In this document: one piece after another, positions 40,426 to 57,669 of the stretch
Numbering within the stretch: position 1 is the first letter of the stretch
How the letters are laid out: each line of letters opens with the position of its first letter
Origin: Chrysomallon squamiferum
Lineage: Eukaryota > Animalia > Mollusca
Direction of reading: 5' to 3'
Assembly: GCA_012295275.1 (NCBI GenBank)
Contig: CM022678.1
Coordinates: 5,952,001-6,016,000, forward strand
Length of the DNA: 64,000 nucleotides
Notes under the pieces: generated by a model
Told to the model about the DNA's origin: nothing
Seen by the model: the letters and a program-made list of their open reading frames with translations, nothing else
Database searches by the model: none
Position numbers and translations under genes: made by a program

Positions 40426-40464
<39 letters not shown>

Positions 40465-43001
40465 ACAAATTTATATTCAGGTGATGTTTTTGAAAAGCAC
40501 ACACATGAACAAACAAACAAAAAAAAAATAAATAAATAAATAAATAAATAAGAATAAATAAATATCAGATGTATATTTGTATTGTATAGTAATAATTTTT
40601 CATTAATTTATAATCTGTTAACTAATATTTTGTACATTTGTTAATTTTGTATTTGATTTTTCATATGTGTTATGTATATGATGGTTTTTTTTTGTTTGTT
40701 TGTTTTTTTTGTAATGTATATGACCTTTTGTTTTGTATATATTTTTTTATATATGTAATGTATATGTTACTTTTTGTATATGTAATGACTTTTCAAATGT
40801 ATAACGTATATTACTTTCTGCGTGTATAAGGTACATCAGTGTTTATATTTGTAATGTGAATTAATTTATGTAACCAACATTAATGTTTTGGAGGAGTAGT
40901 GTGTATTCAGTTACATTCTTCTTTGTCTTCTTCTTATTAGCATTATGTTCTTTTTGTTAAACATATATTGATGTTGTAAAACTACCGAACAAAAATGTTG
41001 TCTGTTCCAGTATCTATTTTTGTATGAATAACGGGCATTAATAAATGTTATGTTTTCTTTTTTTTTTATTAATTTTGTTTATCAGTGAACTGTCCATACC
41101 TTTATCAGGTGGAAATCAAATCTGTGATTTTTATTTTCCCCTAAGTTTGCCAAAATATGTTTCTGTGTATGCATTGAAATATATCTATTTGATATTTATT
41201 TTTATTTTTTTTTATTTTTTAAAAGTACTGATGGAAACAAAAGTAACGTTTCTAGAAATATTAAACATTTTCAACTTTGTTAATCAAAATATTCTTCCAT
41301 ATTGAATAATTGTTTTTCTGATACAGAATCCTTTTTATTTTACTCTTTTCATTATTTTTCATTATTTTAAAATTTTATAATATTTTTATAAATATGTGAT
41401 ATTAAAGTGTATTCAGTTTATGTCAGAAACTGTTTCTTTCTTTCTTTCTTTCTTTTCTTTTAAGAAATATAAATAATTAAATGAATAAAATAAAATAATA
41501 AATAAGTACAGTAAATTAAAATTAACAATAATAATAATAATTTCTCATTATTTTGTATGAAAGAAAAATGAAATAAATAATTAAATAATAAAATTAAATA
41601 AAGAAATAAAATAAAAATTAATCAAGATTTTTATTATTATTACTGATCTCTTTTGCAAAGGTATATAGAATATTTGATGTTTACAGAATAATAATAAGAA
41701 GAAATTATTTATTAAGCTTTAAAAATAATAATAATAATAAAATAAAAAAAATAAAAACATAAGGATCTATCTTATTCTGCTATTATTACTATTATTTTAA
41801 TTATCATAAAGACAAAAATGAAATTATTTTTGCCAACTTATATTTGGTGCTATTAATTAAAAATGGTTTATATATATATATATTAAAATGTAGAGGTTTT
41901 TTTCATTCTCTTCATTTCTTATTTTATAATTTTCTTATTAATGCACAGTAAGCATTAAATGTAAAAAAAAGAAAAAAGTTTAAAATTGTTTTAAATATCT
42001 ATTTTTATCTTAATCATATCTTACGTTAATTAAAAATATAATTATTTTGTAACGAGCATCATATCAAATAAATATTTATATTTTTAAATATTTACCAAAT
42101 CTATCTAATTGTGTTGCATTAAAATATACATATTAAAAATACTCGTTTGAAATTATTATTTTTTTTTTATAATTAATATTAAATAAAAAAAATTAATAAA
42201 AGGCTTCATATCAGATATAATATATAAAACATTAAAATTAAGAAATATATATTTTGTTAAAACAAATATATTTAATAACATTTATTAAATTAATTTTTTT
42301 TTCTTTCCTTTTCTGTTTAATTTCAGAGAGTAGATAACTTATATCAGAGAAAGGAACAGTAACAGTCAGATATTATTTTGACAGATAATTTTATTTTCAA
42401 AAGTAAATATAATTCATTAAAACAGACATTTCATATTTGAAAATCTGTTTTTAATTTTTGTGAGATCAAAATTGTTTAGAAGGACAACTATCTTATTGTT
42501 AATGTGAATTTATTACATTATTATTACTATTATTATTTTTATTATTTTATCAAACCGATAGAAGTTAGAACTTTTCATATTAAACATGGTCAGAATTATT
42601 AAATATATTTGATATATAATGAACACATTTACAACATGTGAGAGGTTATCATTTGTTGTATTTTTCTTTAAGTTTTCTATATAAAAAAAATACTTAAAAA
42701 AACATTTTGGTTTAAGTATCTGTATTTTGAAAACGCTACACTTTCAGTTAGTTGATTAATCAATTTATTGTATATGTAAAAGTATTGTTATTATATATAT
42801 ATTTTTTTTCATATATTTATTTTTAAATTGCAGTTTAACACATTTTCAAATAAGTATACTTGATATATTTACATGTTGATTTTTGTTTTATTTGCAATGA
42901 ATACTTTTCATCGATGTAGAACATCAAATATTTAAAAATTATTATTATTATTATTATTATTATATATTTATTGTTTTATTTTATTATTGTTTTTGTTGTT
43001 G

Positions 43002-43060
<59 letters not shown>

Positions 43061-43276
43061 TTTTTAAGCCAGAAATCAAAAACAATATTAATAATGATGA
43101 GGTTGAGAAATCTTGTGTGTTGTATTTAAAGTAAAACAAGATCTTGTGTATCGCAATTGTATATTACCTATTTTTGCTGTAACATATCATAAGTAAAATG
43201 TATCTTATTTACTTTCAGTATTTTGCACATTATATTAAGCTGCTCTTCCATTATCAACAAACACTTCATGTATTTA

Positions 43277-43324
<48 letters not shown>

Positions 43325-44982
43325 GTTGTTGTTGTTAATAATTAGTTTAGAATGGTAAATTTCTTCTTTATGTTACTTTTTTAATATGAATAGTAGTACT
43401 TATTTTTAAGTTTATTTTTATTTTATTTTATTCTGTGAGTATACTTGTTTTCTTTACAAATTAATTCATTAATTTCTGCACACATCTTGAAGCTTGTTTC
43501 TGTAATAAGGTGCGAAATATAGTTAAGTAATGTAATTTTTTTTTTTTTTTAAATTAAAACATTTTATTATTATTTCATTTTAATTTAACAAAAGGAAAAA
43601 AAAGAAAAAATGAAGAAATAATAGAAATAAAAAAATATCTAAATAATATAAAAGTAGTTAAAAATTATTTTTTATTATTATTATTGTTTTAATAAGTTAT
43701 ATTTATATAAAGCAGTGACAAACCAAAAAAAAAAAGTAAATATATGAATAATTAAATAAATGTAAAAACAAGTTAACAAAATTAAGTATTTCTATCCAAA
43801 ATTTCAACTAGAAACAATAAATAAATAAATATCAGTGGATACAAAAAGAAATCTGACATACATATCATTAACAAAAATTTATAAATAAAGTTTCGATATT
43901 TTTAGAGTAATAAAAAAATATATCATCTGTGACAAATTTTCCATTTTAAAGATTTTTTTTTTTTTATTTTTTTTTATTTTTCACATTCATCTTCCCATTG
44001 TTTTATGACTTCATTTCTTTTCTATTCTTTAACTTTTTAGTTTAAAAAAAAAACAAAAAACAAAAACAAACCCAAAATGATTCAGGTTATATATATTTGC
44101 AAATCCGAATGTGCCTCTTGTTCAACATGGAGTAAAATCAAATGTTTCTTTGTTACATGTACAAAAATATTTATAATTTTTATATTTTTATTTTCGTGCC
44201 ATGTTTCTTATTTATTTAAGATTTTCTGATGTTTCTTTACACCTATTTCATTATTGTGTGTGTGTGAAACTGGTTTCACTTAAAGCCAACCATTGAAATC
44301 AATAAGGTAGATATTTTATTCATAACGCCAAGATCAAAAAGCATTTATTTATTTTTTTTTTTTCCATTAAGAAATTAAATTATTAACTTTTAACAATTTT
44401 ACTGTTACAAATTTCTTTCTTAAGCCAGCCAGAATCTCGTTTAACCCTTTTTCCCAATTTTTTGGTTCTGCCTTTAAGTGCCATCCTTGTCTTGTTTCAA
44501 AACCACAAACGCTGTCTCCATTCTGAATTTTAGACACAGAAGCACAATTAAACCAATTCAGTGCTGTTATCAGTTTTGTATCTAAAAGTCAGAAATTCTG
44601 TTAAACCTTTTCAACGCTATCACTGTCTTGTTTCTAAATCAAGGAATTCAGTTAATCCATTCGGTGCTCTGTCAGTTTGTTTCCAAAGCCAGACGCTGGG
44701 CCTCAGAACCTAAAAGAACCTACTTTAATTCAGAACAAACTTGACACGGGATTAATCAAAATTGCGTTCATAAACCTTTCTTTAACATACTCACCTGTGT
44801 GTCTTACATTTGTTCATTTATTTCAAGCCAGGCCGTGGCAAAGGTAGATCCATCGTCTGTTTTGCTGGATTTTGGATTTCGACGAATTTCTGAAGTATAT
44901 ACTTAGCTATGCTGTGAGGATGTTTTATCAATTAACGTTTTACAAAATATAATGGATGACCCTTATTTTGCAATAACCTATA

Positions 44983-45024
<42 letters not shown>

Positions 45025-45089
45025 TGCTGGTATACTCTAAATCACTGATATTAATTTGTTACTGTTGTCAGGTAAAGCAATTCATACTT

Positions 45090-45780
45090 TTAGTTAAACA
45101 ACTTGTTTTGGCATCGATATATGGTATTCAACTTTTGATCTATGAAAGATAACTCTTGCTTAACATTGATACATGGTAGACAACTCTTACTGTACTGTTG
45201 ATCTGTAGAAGGTAATTTGTTTAACATTGAAATACGGCAGACATCTCTTATTCTATTACTGATCTACAAAAGATAATGTGTGTAACATTAATATATGGCA
45301 GACAACTCTTATTCTACTGTTTTGTGAAAGATAACTGCTTAGAACTGATACATGGTAGACAACTCTTATTCTACTATTGATCTGTGAAAGATAACTTGTT
45401 TAACATTGATATATGGCAGGCAACGCATATTCTACTGTTGATCGACAAAACCTAACTTGTTTGACTTTCATACCTTAGTAGAAACTGTTGTTCTATTGAT
45501 CTACGAAAGATAACTCTTGTTTAGCATTGACAACTCTGATTTATTTTGCTGTTGGTTTATGGAAGATAACTCTTGTTTAACATTGATAAATGGTAGACAA
45601 CTCTGATTTATTCTGCTGTTGGTTTATGGAAGATAACTCTTGTTGAAGATTTATATGTGGTAGAAAGTCTGATACCAGGTATACAACTCTTCTAATGTTG
45701 AGCTGTTGAAGCTCATTGTTTTGATACTGAGCTATGGTAGACAACTCTTGTTTTAGAGCAGTGATCAAAGAAGGATAATT
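45090..45780. repeat. Degenerate ~60-bp satellite (possibly a 30-bp dimer), about 11 copies
   Basis: aacattgatacatggtagacaactcttattctactgttgatct...aagataact recurs. Confidence 0.8.
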
Positions 45781-46494
45781 CTTACGATTTAACCATAGTA
45801 GATTACTCTAAGTCAAATCTGACAGATCTAGTCCTTTAAAAAAATAAAAAATAAAAAAAATAAACTCCATTATGCACGGGGAATAAACAGTCCACACATT
45901 TCTGACATTAATTCAAGAGCAGACAACTCTAACCATGAATAATGGGGAGAGAATTCTGATCTGATAGTAATGTATGACAATATTGGTTATTGAAAGAAGT
46001 ACAGGCCAAGTTTATGGTAAATGGGGAAGAGGAAGAGATATTTTTTATTACAAACTGATGTTAGTACATTTTTTCTTATTATTATTACAACATTAAAAAT
46101 GATTGAGATAAAAAGGGAAAAACCCACGAAATTTTGAGTAACAAGTGATTGTATTTTTAACACAGGTGTCAATTTTGTATTTAGTAAATATCATTAAATG
46201 TATTAAATTGGAAATGTATAACAGTGTGTACAGAAGGTAATATGTATTGTTCAGAACTGTGAAATATGTGCTATGTTTGGAATATGAACTAATGTTAATT
46301 TTCAGGGTGCATTCTTCCATGTTGTAATGATCTTTCCTGACTTGTCACTTCAAAACTGAAATACACACTGCTGATGTGTAATGTGTACAATATGACATTT
46401 TGAAAATCTCGTTTTCTCTTTTTGTGTGATAGAAGTATGTATCATCTGACTTGGTAACCGTGTATAATGTTATCTATCAGATGTTTGCACAGAA

Positions 46495-46606
<112 letters not shown>

Positions 46607-48209
46607 ATTTTGTGTTAATTTTTTTTTTTTTTAAATTCAGATAATACATACTGCACAAAACGCAAAATCTGACCAAGTCGATGGAAAGTGAATGACAGTT
46701 TCATTTCATTTGTCACCCATGTAAATACAAAATCTACAACATAAAATGTTACAACTTTTGTTTATAAGAACATTTCCTTGTGTGTTTAGTCAGTATTAGT
46801 TTTTATACTTTTGTTGTTCTTAATTATTACGATTATTATTTTTAGATCCATGAAATAAAAATCAGAAATGTTTGGGTGCATATCAGTTACAATTACTACT
46901 AATATCTCTACTCTTACTATTACTACTACTGCTGTTACTTCCATCACTATTGCTGCTACTTCTGTATCTACTACTACTACTACTACACTAGTTCTCTACT
47001 TCTACTACTCTACAGCAACTACTGCTACACCTATTGCTGTTACAACTGATATAATTATTTATATTTTTGTAATTAATATTTTTAAATACCGTCAGAAATT
47101 ATCAGTTTAATTAAATGTGAAATTAACTTGCGTTCGTAACTCGGTAGTCTTTCAGAATTTATTTATTTAATTATTTTATTTATTTATTTATTTATTATAT
47201 AGTGTATTTTTTTTTTTTTTTTTTTTCAAATGTATGTGCCATTAAATAAAATAATCAGTCAAAAATCCGAAGACGAAGAACTGGTGTGTGGTGGTGAACT
47301 AGTAAAACTGTGAATTATAAAATGTTTTTGTTGTTGAATGTAATAGAACATATCCATTATTGGCAGAAAAGCAATAAAGTATTCCAGTGATCTTTATTTT
47401 GCTTTGTTATTTATTTTTTTATACAACGATGTTGGTTGTTTATTCCAGAAGAATAATAATGAAGAGACAGATAATTATTATTATTATTATTTTACTCAGT
47501 CATGTTCATAATAAACTTGGTTTACTTAATGGTTTGTTTATTAATCCTGGGTTAAAATAGAAAATGAACGGAAAAAGACGAACGAAAAAAGACGTACTCC
47601 ACCCCACCGTGAATTATATATTGATTTTAGTTAAATTTGATTTAAATAGTCACATCACCATTCTGAAAATCTTGTTTTTACCTTTCTAACGTATGGAAGC
47701 TATTAACGCAAATAATACGCATCTTTTCATCTTTTTAAATTGAAACAAAAACAAAACTGCAAAAAAAGTTACGGTCGCCTTCAACTTACTATTTGTTTGA
47801 GATCGAAAAGGGGTTAAATAACTCTTCATTCGTTCACCTCAAACGTTATTAATAATTAATAATAATCCGTTATTTGTTCATTGATTTTTCATTCTACGTT
47901 TTATATCTATATCTTCATATCTTTCTTATATATATAACAAAAAAACTAAAAAAACAAAAAAATACGGTCGCCTTTTAAATAATGATGATCCCATCATCAT
48001 AAATAAATAAATAAATAAATAAATAAAAATTTTTTAAAATAATGAATGAATAAAAATTCAGAATGATAGAAAAAAGAAAACAAAAATGAAAGAAAACGAA
48101 AACAGAAAAACCCCACAGATATTGGAAGTGATTACTGAATTTAAATTTTACGTATTTCAAATGGGTACATCTGCATAATCAGCTTCAACCGTTAACTGTA
48201 TTTCCATTG

Positions 48210-48305
<96 letters not shown>

Positions 48306-49544
48306 TTTCATTTACAAAATGTTTTCGATTTTACGTTACCTGCCTTTCTTTTACAATCCTGATATCACAAGAAGATCATTACTCATGTTAACGACAAAAG
48401 TCAAACCTCTCTTTGTTTTCTGTTTAACACTATAAATAATACTGCATTGCTGATTCCGCGAAAATTAATTTAAAACTGCAATAAACATCATAATGGGGTA
48501 AAGATAACTTCCATTCGTAAAAACACACGCAGAAACACTGTGTTTCTAACCCTCAGTTAAAAAATGTTAACGAAAGCGTAAAGCATCCATGGACACGACA
48601 GAAACAGTTTGATGTTTGCTAGTAGCTGCCCGGACGGAACGGTTAAGGAACTTTTAAGGAGCTGACGATCGTGAATTTCCGCCCTCACGTCTACATTACG
48701 GAGATTGCAAATGTACCGAGGGTCGGTGCTACGATTGTACCAGCCAGGGTGCAGTCCTCAGACGGGTTGGTGCCTTCCTGATCTTCAAGATTCCGAGATT
48801 AACTGCGCATGCTTTGAAAGATTTGAAACGTCAGTTAGGTCAGGTCGATGCTTCAGGTCACGTATTTTCTTTTTACTGTGTTGTCAGCTTGAATGGTATC
48901 AAGATATCAAGAATACGTAGAGCACTAAGTGTGAAGTGTACCGTGTGGTTTGTTGTATGTGTGTGTGTGGTAAGATAAAGTGACATTGTGGCTGTATGTT
49001 ACAACGAGAATATGCAAAATCAAAAAAATAAATAAATAAAAAAGAACTACAAAGGAGTGAACGTGAGTGTTGACTTTAACTGCGCATGCTTTGAAAGATT
49101 TAAAATGTCAGGTCAGATCGTTCGTTTAGATTTTTTGTGTTTTACAAGATGTCAGCTTGAACGATCCCAAGATAACAAGAATGCAGAGTGCACTAAGTTT
49201 GAAGTGTTCGTTAACAGTAAGTGTTGCTACTTTAATCATTTCACACAAATTTATTTTAAAATACAGTAAAGACCCTCTATAAAAAAAAAAAACAATAACA
49301 TGTAACATGTGCACTCGCACGCAGTCTCTCATTCCATGCTTCTGATTTCATCTCTGTTTCTCACACAAAGCTCGGAATATTTCTGAGCACAGTGATATCA
49401 CAATTTAAATCTCAGTCACAAAGCACAGATGTGTTTGTTGCGTAAGACAAATCAATTTTTAAAAAAAAAACGAAAAAGAAAAAAGAAAAATGCTGAAAAT
49501 CTGCATATTCAACACCTGACTCAGAAGAAACAGATACATTAAAG

Positions 49545-49613
49545 GGATCTGAAATCTCGTCTTCAGTCGAGCTTCAGAAATCAGTGAATTTCGCTCAGCA
49601 GCTGGACAACAAG
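49545..49613 (+). other. Putative non-coding exon 1 of tandem gene copy A
   Basis: Homologous to 57670-57742 (ttcagaaatc.gtgaatttcg...AAG|GTATTTCCATTTT). The donor is conserved in both copies; the start is approximate. Confidence 0.55.
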
Positions 49614-50488
49614 GTATTTCCATTTTCATAGAATTTCTGTTGCATTTGTCTCCTTAGTTTATTAAGGCTTAGCATATTAATAATATTGTACTACTTCTAT
49701 TACTGTTGCTAAGTATATTAAAACAATAACAATAGCAATAGTAGTTTCCACTACTGCTATTAGTAACTACAACTAGTACTACTACTACTATTACCAACTT
49801 TTTTCTTTATATATATATATATATATTTGCATTTGTTTGTTTATTTATTTATTTTAAGACATAAACCAAACTTTTTTTTTAGATTATTTTAAATTGATGA
49901 TTTTTAATCTGTTACTGCTATAAAAATAAATAAGTAAATAAGAAATTCAGGAAGTAAGTAAGCATGTAAGTAGATACATAGGAGAACTAAAAAATATTTT
50001 AAGAAAAAGAAATGAAAAGAAAAAAGTTATTTTTAAATATTATGCGATCGAATCTTGTACTATTACACCTACAATATCTATAATAATTAAAATTACTGCT
50101 ATTATTATGGAAACTACTGCTAATAGTAATATTAATAATAGTGCCACTACCGTTATTATTAATGCTACTAGTACGAAACTAGGAAAGAAAGTCACAAGTA
50201 AAAATATAACACTTTTAATAGTAACAGAAAACTATTACAACTGCGACAACTATTCTTCTATTTCTTCTACAATTTTACCACTGATACTACTACTACTACA
50301 ACTAAAACTACTACTTATAATAATAAAACTAATTATAATAATAATAATAATAATAACAATAATAATAATAATAATAATAATTATACTACTACTAATAATA
50401 ATAACAGTTATAACCAACGTAACAGCAACAAAACACAAAGGTATTTATGTGTTCGTATTCAAATATTTTTCAGTTCATACACAACAAT

Positions 50489-50576
50489 ATGGCGGGCTTA
50501 AATACCACCATACTGCACTTTGCAATATGTTTTCTTATTACAATGACGACGCTGGAAACCATTTCTGCTGCTTGCT
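50489..50576 (+). CDS. Copy A signal-peptide exon (MAGLNTTILHFAICFLITMTTLETISAAC)
   Basis: tttttcag acceptor at 50473, ATG at 50489, hydrophobic core plus an ISA cleavage-like site, GTAAG donor in phase 1. Conserved in copy B. Confidence 0.85.
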
Positions 50577-51223
50577 GTAAGAGCTTACTTATTTTTTATT
50601 TCTGATTTCAATTTTAGATTTTACTTTCCATTAATTAATTCCGTATAGAGATATATTTTATAAGTGAACGTGTATGTGTTTGTGCGTGCGCGTGCGTGTT
50701 TTTTAACAAGTGATGGACAGTGAGTGTGCTAATGTGATGAGGTTTTATTGCGAATGTATGCGTATATATGCGTATCTGTGACTTTGCGTTTGACGTGTCC
50801 ATGTGTGTGTTTGTAGATCTAAGTGAGGATGTTATTACATTCTGTTGAAAATGCATTTTATTAATGTATATGCATACTGTAGTTATGTATTATTTGAATA
50901 TTAATTTATTATGAACGTGTTTGTTTGTGCCTGAGTCTGTATCTGTGTCAGTGGTGTTAAATACAAATCCTTCGTACATATTATTGTCATGTTTCTTAAT
51001 CTTTATCAGTTAACAGTATTAAAGATTGAAGTTTTGAATAATAATGATGATACCAATAATAGTAGTAGTTGTAGTAGTAGCAGCAGTAGTAGTAGTAGTA
51101 GTAGTAGGTAGTAGGAGTGAAAGTAGTAGCAGTAATAGTAATAATAGTAATAAAAACTTGAAGAAAAAAAAGAAAGAAAAAAGCTACTGAAATAATAATC
51201 AAATATACAAAAATCCTTTCCAG

Positions 51224-52840
51224 ATTCCTGCGGCAGTCGATGGCGTAAGGTTTATGAGACTGATCAGAACGGTTCCGCTGTTTCTGGCAACGTCGAGGAT
51301 CTCTTCAACGCTGCCGAACACACTGAACCGGTCAGGTTTGTAATACCATCGTGGGGAACAGAAGGATACGCTAGCGATTCTGCATTCAGTACATATCATG
51401 AGCGTGACGTTCTCTGTTTTTATTCAACGATGCACGTAGGCAAGAAAAGCTGGGACACCTTTCTGAATCAGTCGTATCGTCAAGCAATGCTCCTGTGTAC
51501 AACGGGGCACGTCAGCATTGTTCGATTTAAGGTTGACGTCGGCGAAGAAGAAAATCGAGAGTCACATCGTGTGGCCGTGCAATGGTTTCTCAAGCAGCCT
51601 CCGTGCTCCGAGTTCGTGATTCGCCAATATGTCGCGCAGAACAGGGGTGTAACTCACGCGAATTTTTCACAGGGCTCGTTAGCAAATCTGTACTCGTCCA
51701 TAGCGTCCGGCCACGATGTCAAAGTGGCAGTGCTCGAACAACTATGCGTTTCCTTTTGTGAACATCGACGCCAACAAAGAAGGTGCGATTTCGGCGCAAA
51801 TGTTTTGGTATATCGAGAGAGACCGGGCACAAGATCATTTCGAATTTAAGAGAGAAGTGTCGACGGCTGTTGTAAACGTACACTCAAACCGCTTACCTCT
51901 TTACGTCTTCTGGTTTCAGCCCCTGTCGTCCGGATTCACGACTAATGTTAGGTATAATTACTCGTGGTACGTGGATTCCTGCTGGAAACACGTGTTTACG
52001 AACGACGAAAATGGAAAAGAACAAGGTGGGAGTATTTCCGAACTGATATCTGCCGTTGAGAGTGGACACAGGGTGAAGGTCGTTATGGGAAACTACTCGA
52101 TTGAGGCGGACAACGTGAGGACACAGCCAGGACAGGTTTCTGTTCAACTTTTGAACCGCATGACCTTCGATGAAACTGATAAAAATGAAGTAGACATGTA
52201 CTGGTCTTGGCAGATGGTTCACACAACGGGAACCGTCGGAACACGTGTTTACGCGTTTGACAACTCAGTTCTGAAAAATGAGGCCACTGAAAAGAAAACA
52301 ATCAAGTGGTTTGTCGACACACGACCATGGTCAAAAGTTTTGTCAACCAACAAAAACGGCGATGTCACTTTTGGATCGAAAGCTGACTTAAGGAAAGCCA
52401 TTCTAAATGGCGCTGAAGTACGAGTTGCTTTAAAGTTGGAGGACGACAAGAAAACTGAAGGAAGTCGACGGAAGAGGCACGCCGGTTGGTGGGGTATAAA
52501 CTGGTGGGGGATAGAAAGTGGATCTTGGTGGGGAAGACATATTGGATTTAGAAGCAGAAACTGTACTTCAAAACCATCTGTAAAAAGCGAATGGATGACC
52601 TTCAAGGCTAATAACCTGGAGTTAGGTCCTTCTGGAGAAGTTTCTGCCGAGTTACTTCAGAGTGTCAGTACAGAAGAAGTCGGGTCGGCCGAATTCAAGA
52701 TCAAAGATGAACCTTTCTGGCGTTTCATGATCGTCACCACTCAAGGAAATGTCGACATCTCTCAGAGACGTGTAGGGAAGGAAATAGACGACGGACACTT
52801 CTCAGTGAAACAAGCTGTCAACTGGTTTGTCAACTATTAA
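51224..52840 (+). CDS. Copy A main exon: secreted four-repeat protein of unknown family, with a +1 frameshift at ~51730 (possible pseudogene or sequencing error)
   Basis: ctttccag acceptor, phase 1. ORFs 51430..51849 and 51716..52840 together align end to end with intact copy B. About 567 aa if the frameshift is corrected. Confidence 0.85.
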
Positions 52841-52919
52841 CTTTGTAATGTTTAAAATATCAAAACATTAACAATAAAAAAAAAAAAAAAATTGCTACTG
52901 CTTATTATGTTTTTACTAG

Positions 52920-52991
<72 letters not shown>

Positions 52992-53852
52992 TAACAATGA
53001 ACAGAAATACGGAAATATATACGCAATGTAAAGTCACAGACATAAATATACTTTATTATGTCTTTAGTATTTCTTTGTATCTTAATTTTAATATACTGAT
53101 TAGATATTGCAACAACAACACGAAAAATAAACAAACAAGCAAACAAAGAAACAAACAATGAAACAAACAAATAAATAAATAATATGTAGCTTATGTTAGT
53201 AACAATGTAAAGGAGGTTTACAATCCATTTCGTCGTGTAACTGAATTGAAATTATTAATCGTATATTATGATTGAAACTCCTTAATATTATTGTATCGTA
53301 ATGATACAGTACAGATTTTTAAAAAATCAAAATTTGAATAAATAAATTGAAATATTAATCAAAATAGAAATTAGAAAAGCCAATACAAAACCTACAGACG
53401 TTATTTTCAATCAATATTGCTGATGTGTCTGACTTTATAATTTCTAACGTAATTCAATGACGTAATCAAACGTCGTTATGACGTATTTCATTAAACTTTG
53501 AGATGTTCATTAAACTTATTCGACATTTATTCACTGATAGATATTTTCATACAGAAGTAAACTAGATTAAATATGTTTGCTTGATTTCTGGTCGACACCA
53601 TATTTTTGGAGGCGTCCTTGGAAGCCATTGCTGCTTACATCAAAAGAAAAAATACGGTGCATTTAAAATAGGCTAAAAAAGAATGTATACTATTTTATTA
53701 TCTTTGTAGTCAAACTAATAATTCAGGCAATCATTTGAATCAGAATATCTAGCATACATTTACATAAAACCCCGCGTTAAAACATCACTAGAGGGCACAA
53801 TATTTTGGCTTTGAAATATAAAGGGAATATGCTGGATTAATGAAATGAAATC

Positions 53853-53900
<48 letters not shown>

Positions 53901-53990
53901 GTTGTGTTTTTTAGAATATAGTCAGCTTGAACGATGTAAAGACACCAAAACACCAGAGTGAAATGTATTGTATGATTTGTTATGTATGTG

Positions 53991-54074
<84 letters not shown>

Positions 54075-54384
54075 GGTAGGATAAATCCTACTAGAAGAAT
54101 TCTTTTTATGAAAGTTCTTCCTTCTTCTGTTGTATTTACTTTTATTTTTAATTACTTTATTCTATAATCCTGAAATCACAAGGTCATTTTAGGTCTCATC
54201 AAAGTGAAAAATCTCTTTGTTTTCTGTTTGTCACACTAAATGGTACTATATTAATGATTTCATAAGAATTATTTTTAAAATACCAAAAAGATCCTCTATA
54301 CAATTAACATGTAATATTTACACTCACACGCAGCCACGCACACTGAGCACATCTGTTTCTGTTTCACAGAGCGTGTAAAGTTTC

Positions 54385-54445
54385 TAAGTACAGTGATATC
54401 AGCGCTTGCCTGCTGCAAAAGATGTCGCAGGATCGATACCCCATA
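54385..54445 (+). mobile_element. Possible decayed tRNA-derived SINE head
   Basis: A-box-like taagtacagtga followed about 40 bp later by B-box-like GGATCGATACC (54430-54440). No intact cloverleaf is evident. Confidence 0.3.
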
Positions 54446-54771
54446 GATACCAGGAGTGACACTTGGTGATTAAAGATCTCCCGTGAGGCGTCATGCAAAT
54501 ATTCTTGGTATTTTTCGAATAAAATATGATCGTACGTACTGAAGAGAGAGAGCATAGTTTGAACAAGACGAAATATTTTAGGTTCACAAAATACTTGGAT
54601 CATGTAGTAAGCTGTCAGGATGCATTATTTGGGAAAATGGTATCGTGACTATATATTACAACTCATATAGGACCCAGATACATAAAGAAAAAGCATTGAA
54701 AAAAAATGATATAAAATAAAATAGAATAATAAATAAATAAATAAAAATTAAATTAAATTAAATAAAGTAAA

Positions 54772-54832
<61 letters not shown>

Positions 54833-54901
54833 GTAGTAGTAATAATAATAAAAGTAATAATAATAATAATAACAACAACAACAATAACAATAATAATAAA
54901 A

Positions 54902-54989
<88 letters not shown>

Positions 54990-55223
54990 AGTTTCTTGGA
55001 TTTTCCACTGGGATTGTGGATGAATAAATTCTTTCCAGCTCTTGATCGTCTAGTATAATATTTATATTCTGTTTCCAGTTAATTGTTTGTCTCAGGATAA
55101 AATAAACATAGACCACTGTTTTACTTATTCTTCTTAATTATATGAAGTCACCGTCGAAGGAAATTTTCCTGTTAAATTATGATCTATATTATTTTGTATT
55201 CCCCAAAACCACCACCACTGCAG

Positions 55224-55262
<39 letters not shown>

Positions 55263-55409
55263 AGAAGAAAGAAGCTAAAAATGAGTGAACGTGAGTGTTG
55301 AGTTCAACTGCGCATGCTTTGAAAGATTTAAAATGTCAGGTCAGATCGTTCGTTTAGATTTTGCGTGTTTTACAAGACGTCAGCTTGAACGATATCAAAA
55401 ATCAAAATA

Positions 55410-57357
<1,948 letters not shown>

Positions 57358-57669
57358 TGGTTATTCCAGTTTCAAAATAACCGTTTTTAAACTACCGTAC
57401 TTTTTGTTTGTAAAGTTAAAATAATACGAAAAGTTCAACTGGAATGTCATTTCTCACTTGGTTGCTTCCCTGTACTCTTTAATTGCTCTGTACTTTTGAT
57501 TCTACGTCCTGGTACCTCCTGGGGCTTATTTTGTTTAAATCGTTGTAAACTCGAAAATCTGGCCATTGATTTTTGGAAAATGAAACAAATAGATAGATGT
57601 ACTTGACATCTGCCACATGACACGTGAACGAAAAAAAAAAAAAAAGAAGAAGATAAATTAGAGGGGTGT

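Noticed and set aside
51199-52605. Antisense ORFs conserved in both duplicates (for example 51199-51399 and 61649-61849)
   Set aside because: Their conservation is explained by the sense-strand gene and recent sequence identity.
54385-54460. tRNA gene
   Set aside because: Only degenerate A/B-box-like motifs and no foldable cloverleaf. Kept only as a low-confidence SINE relic.
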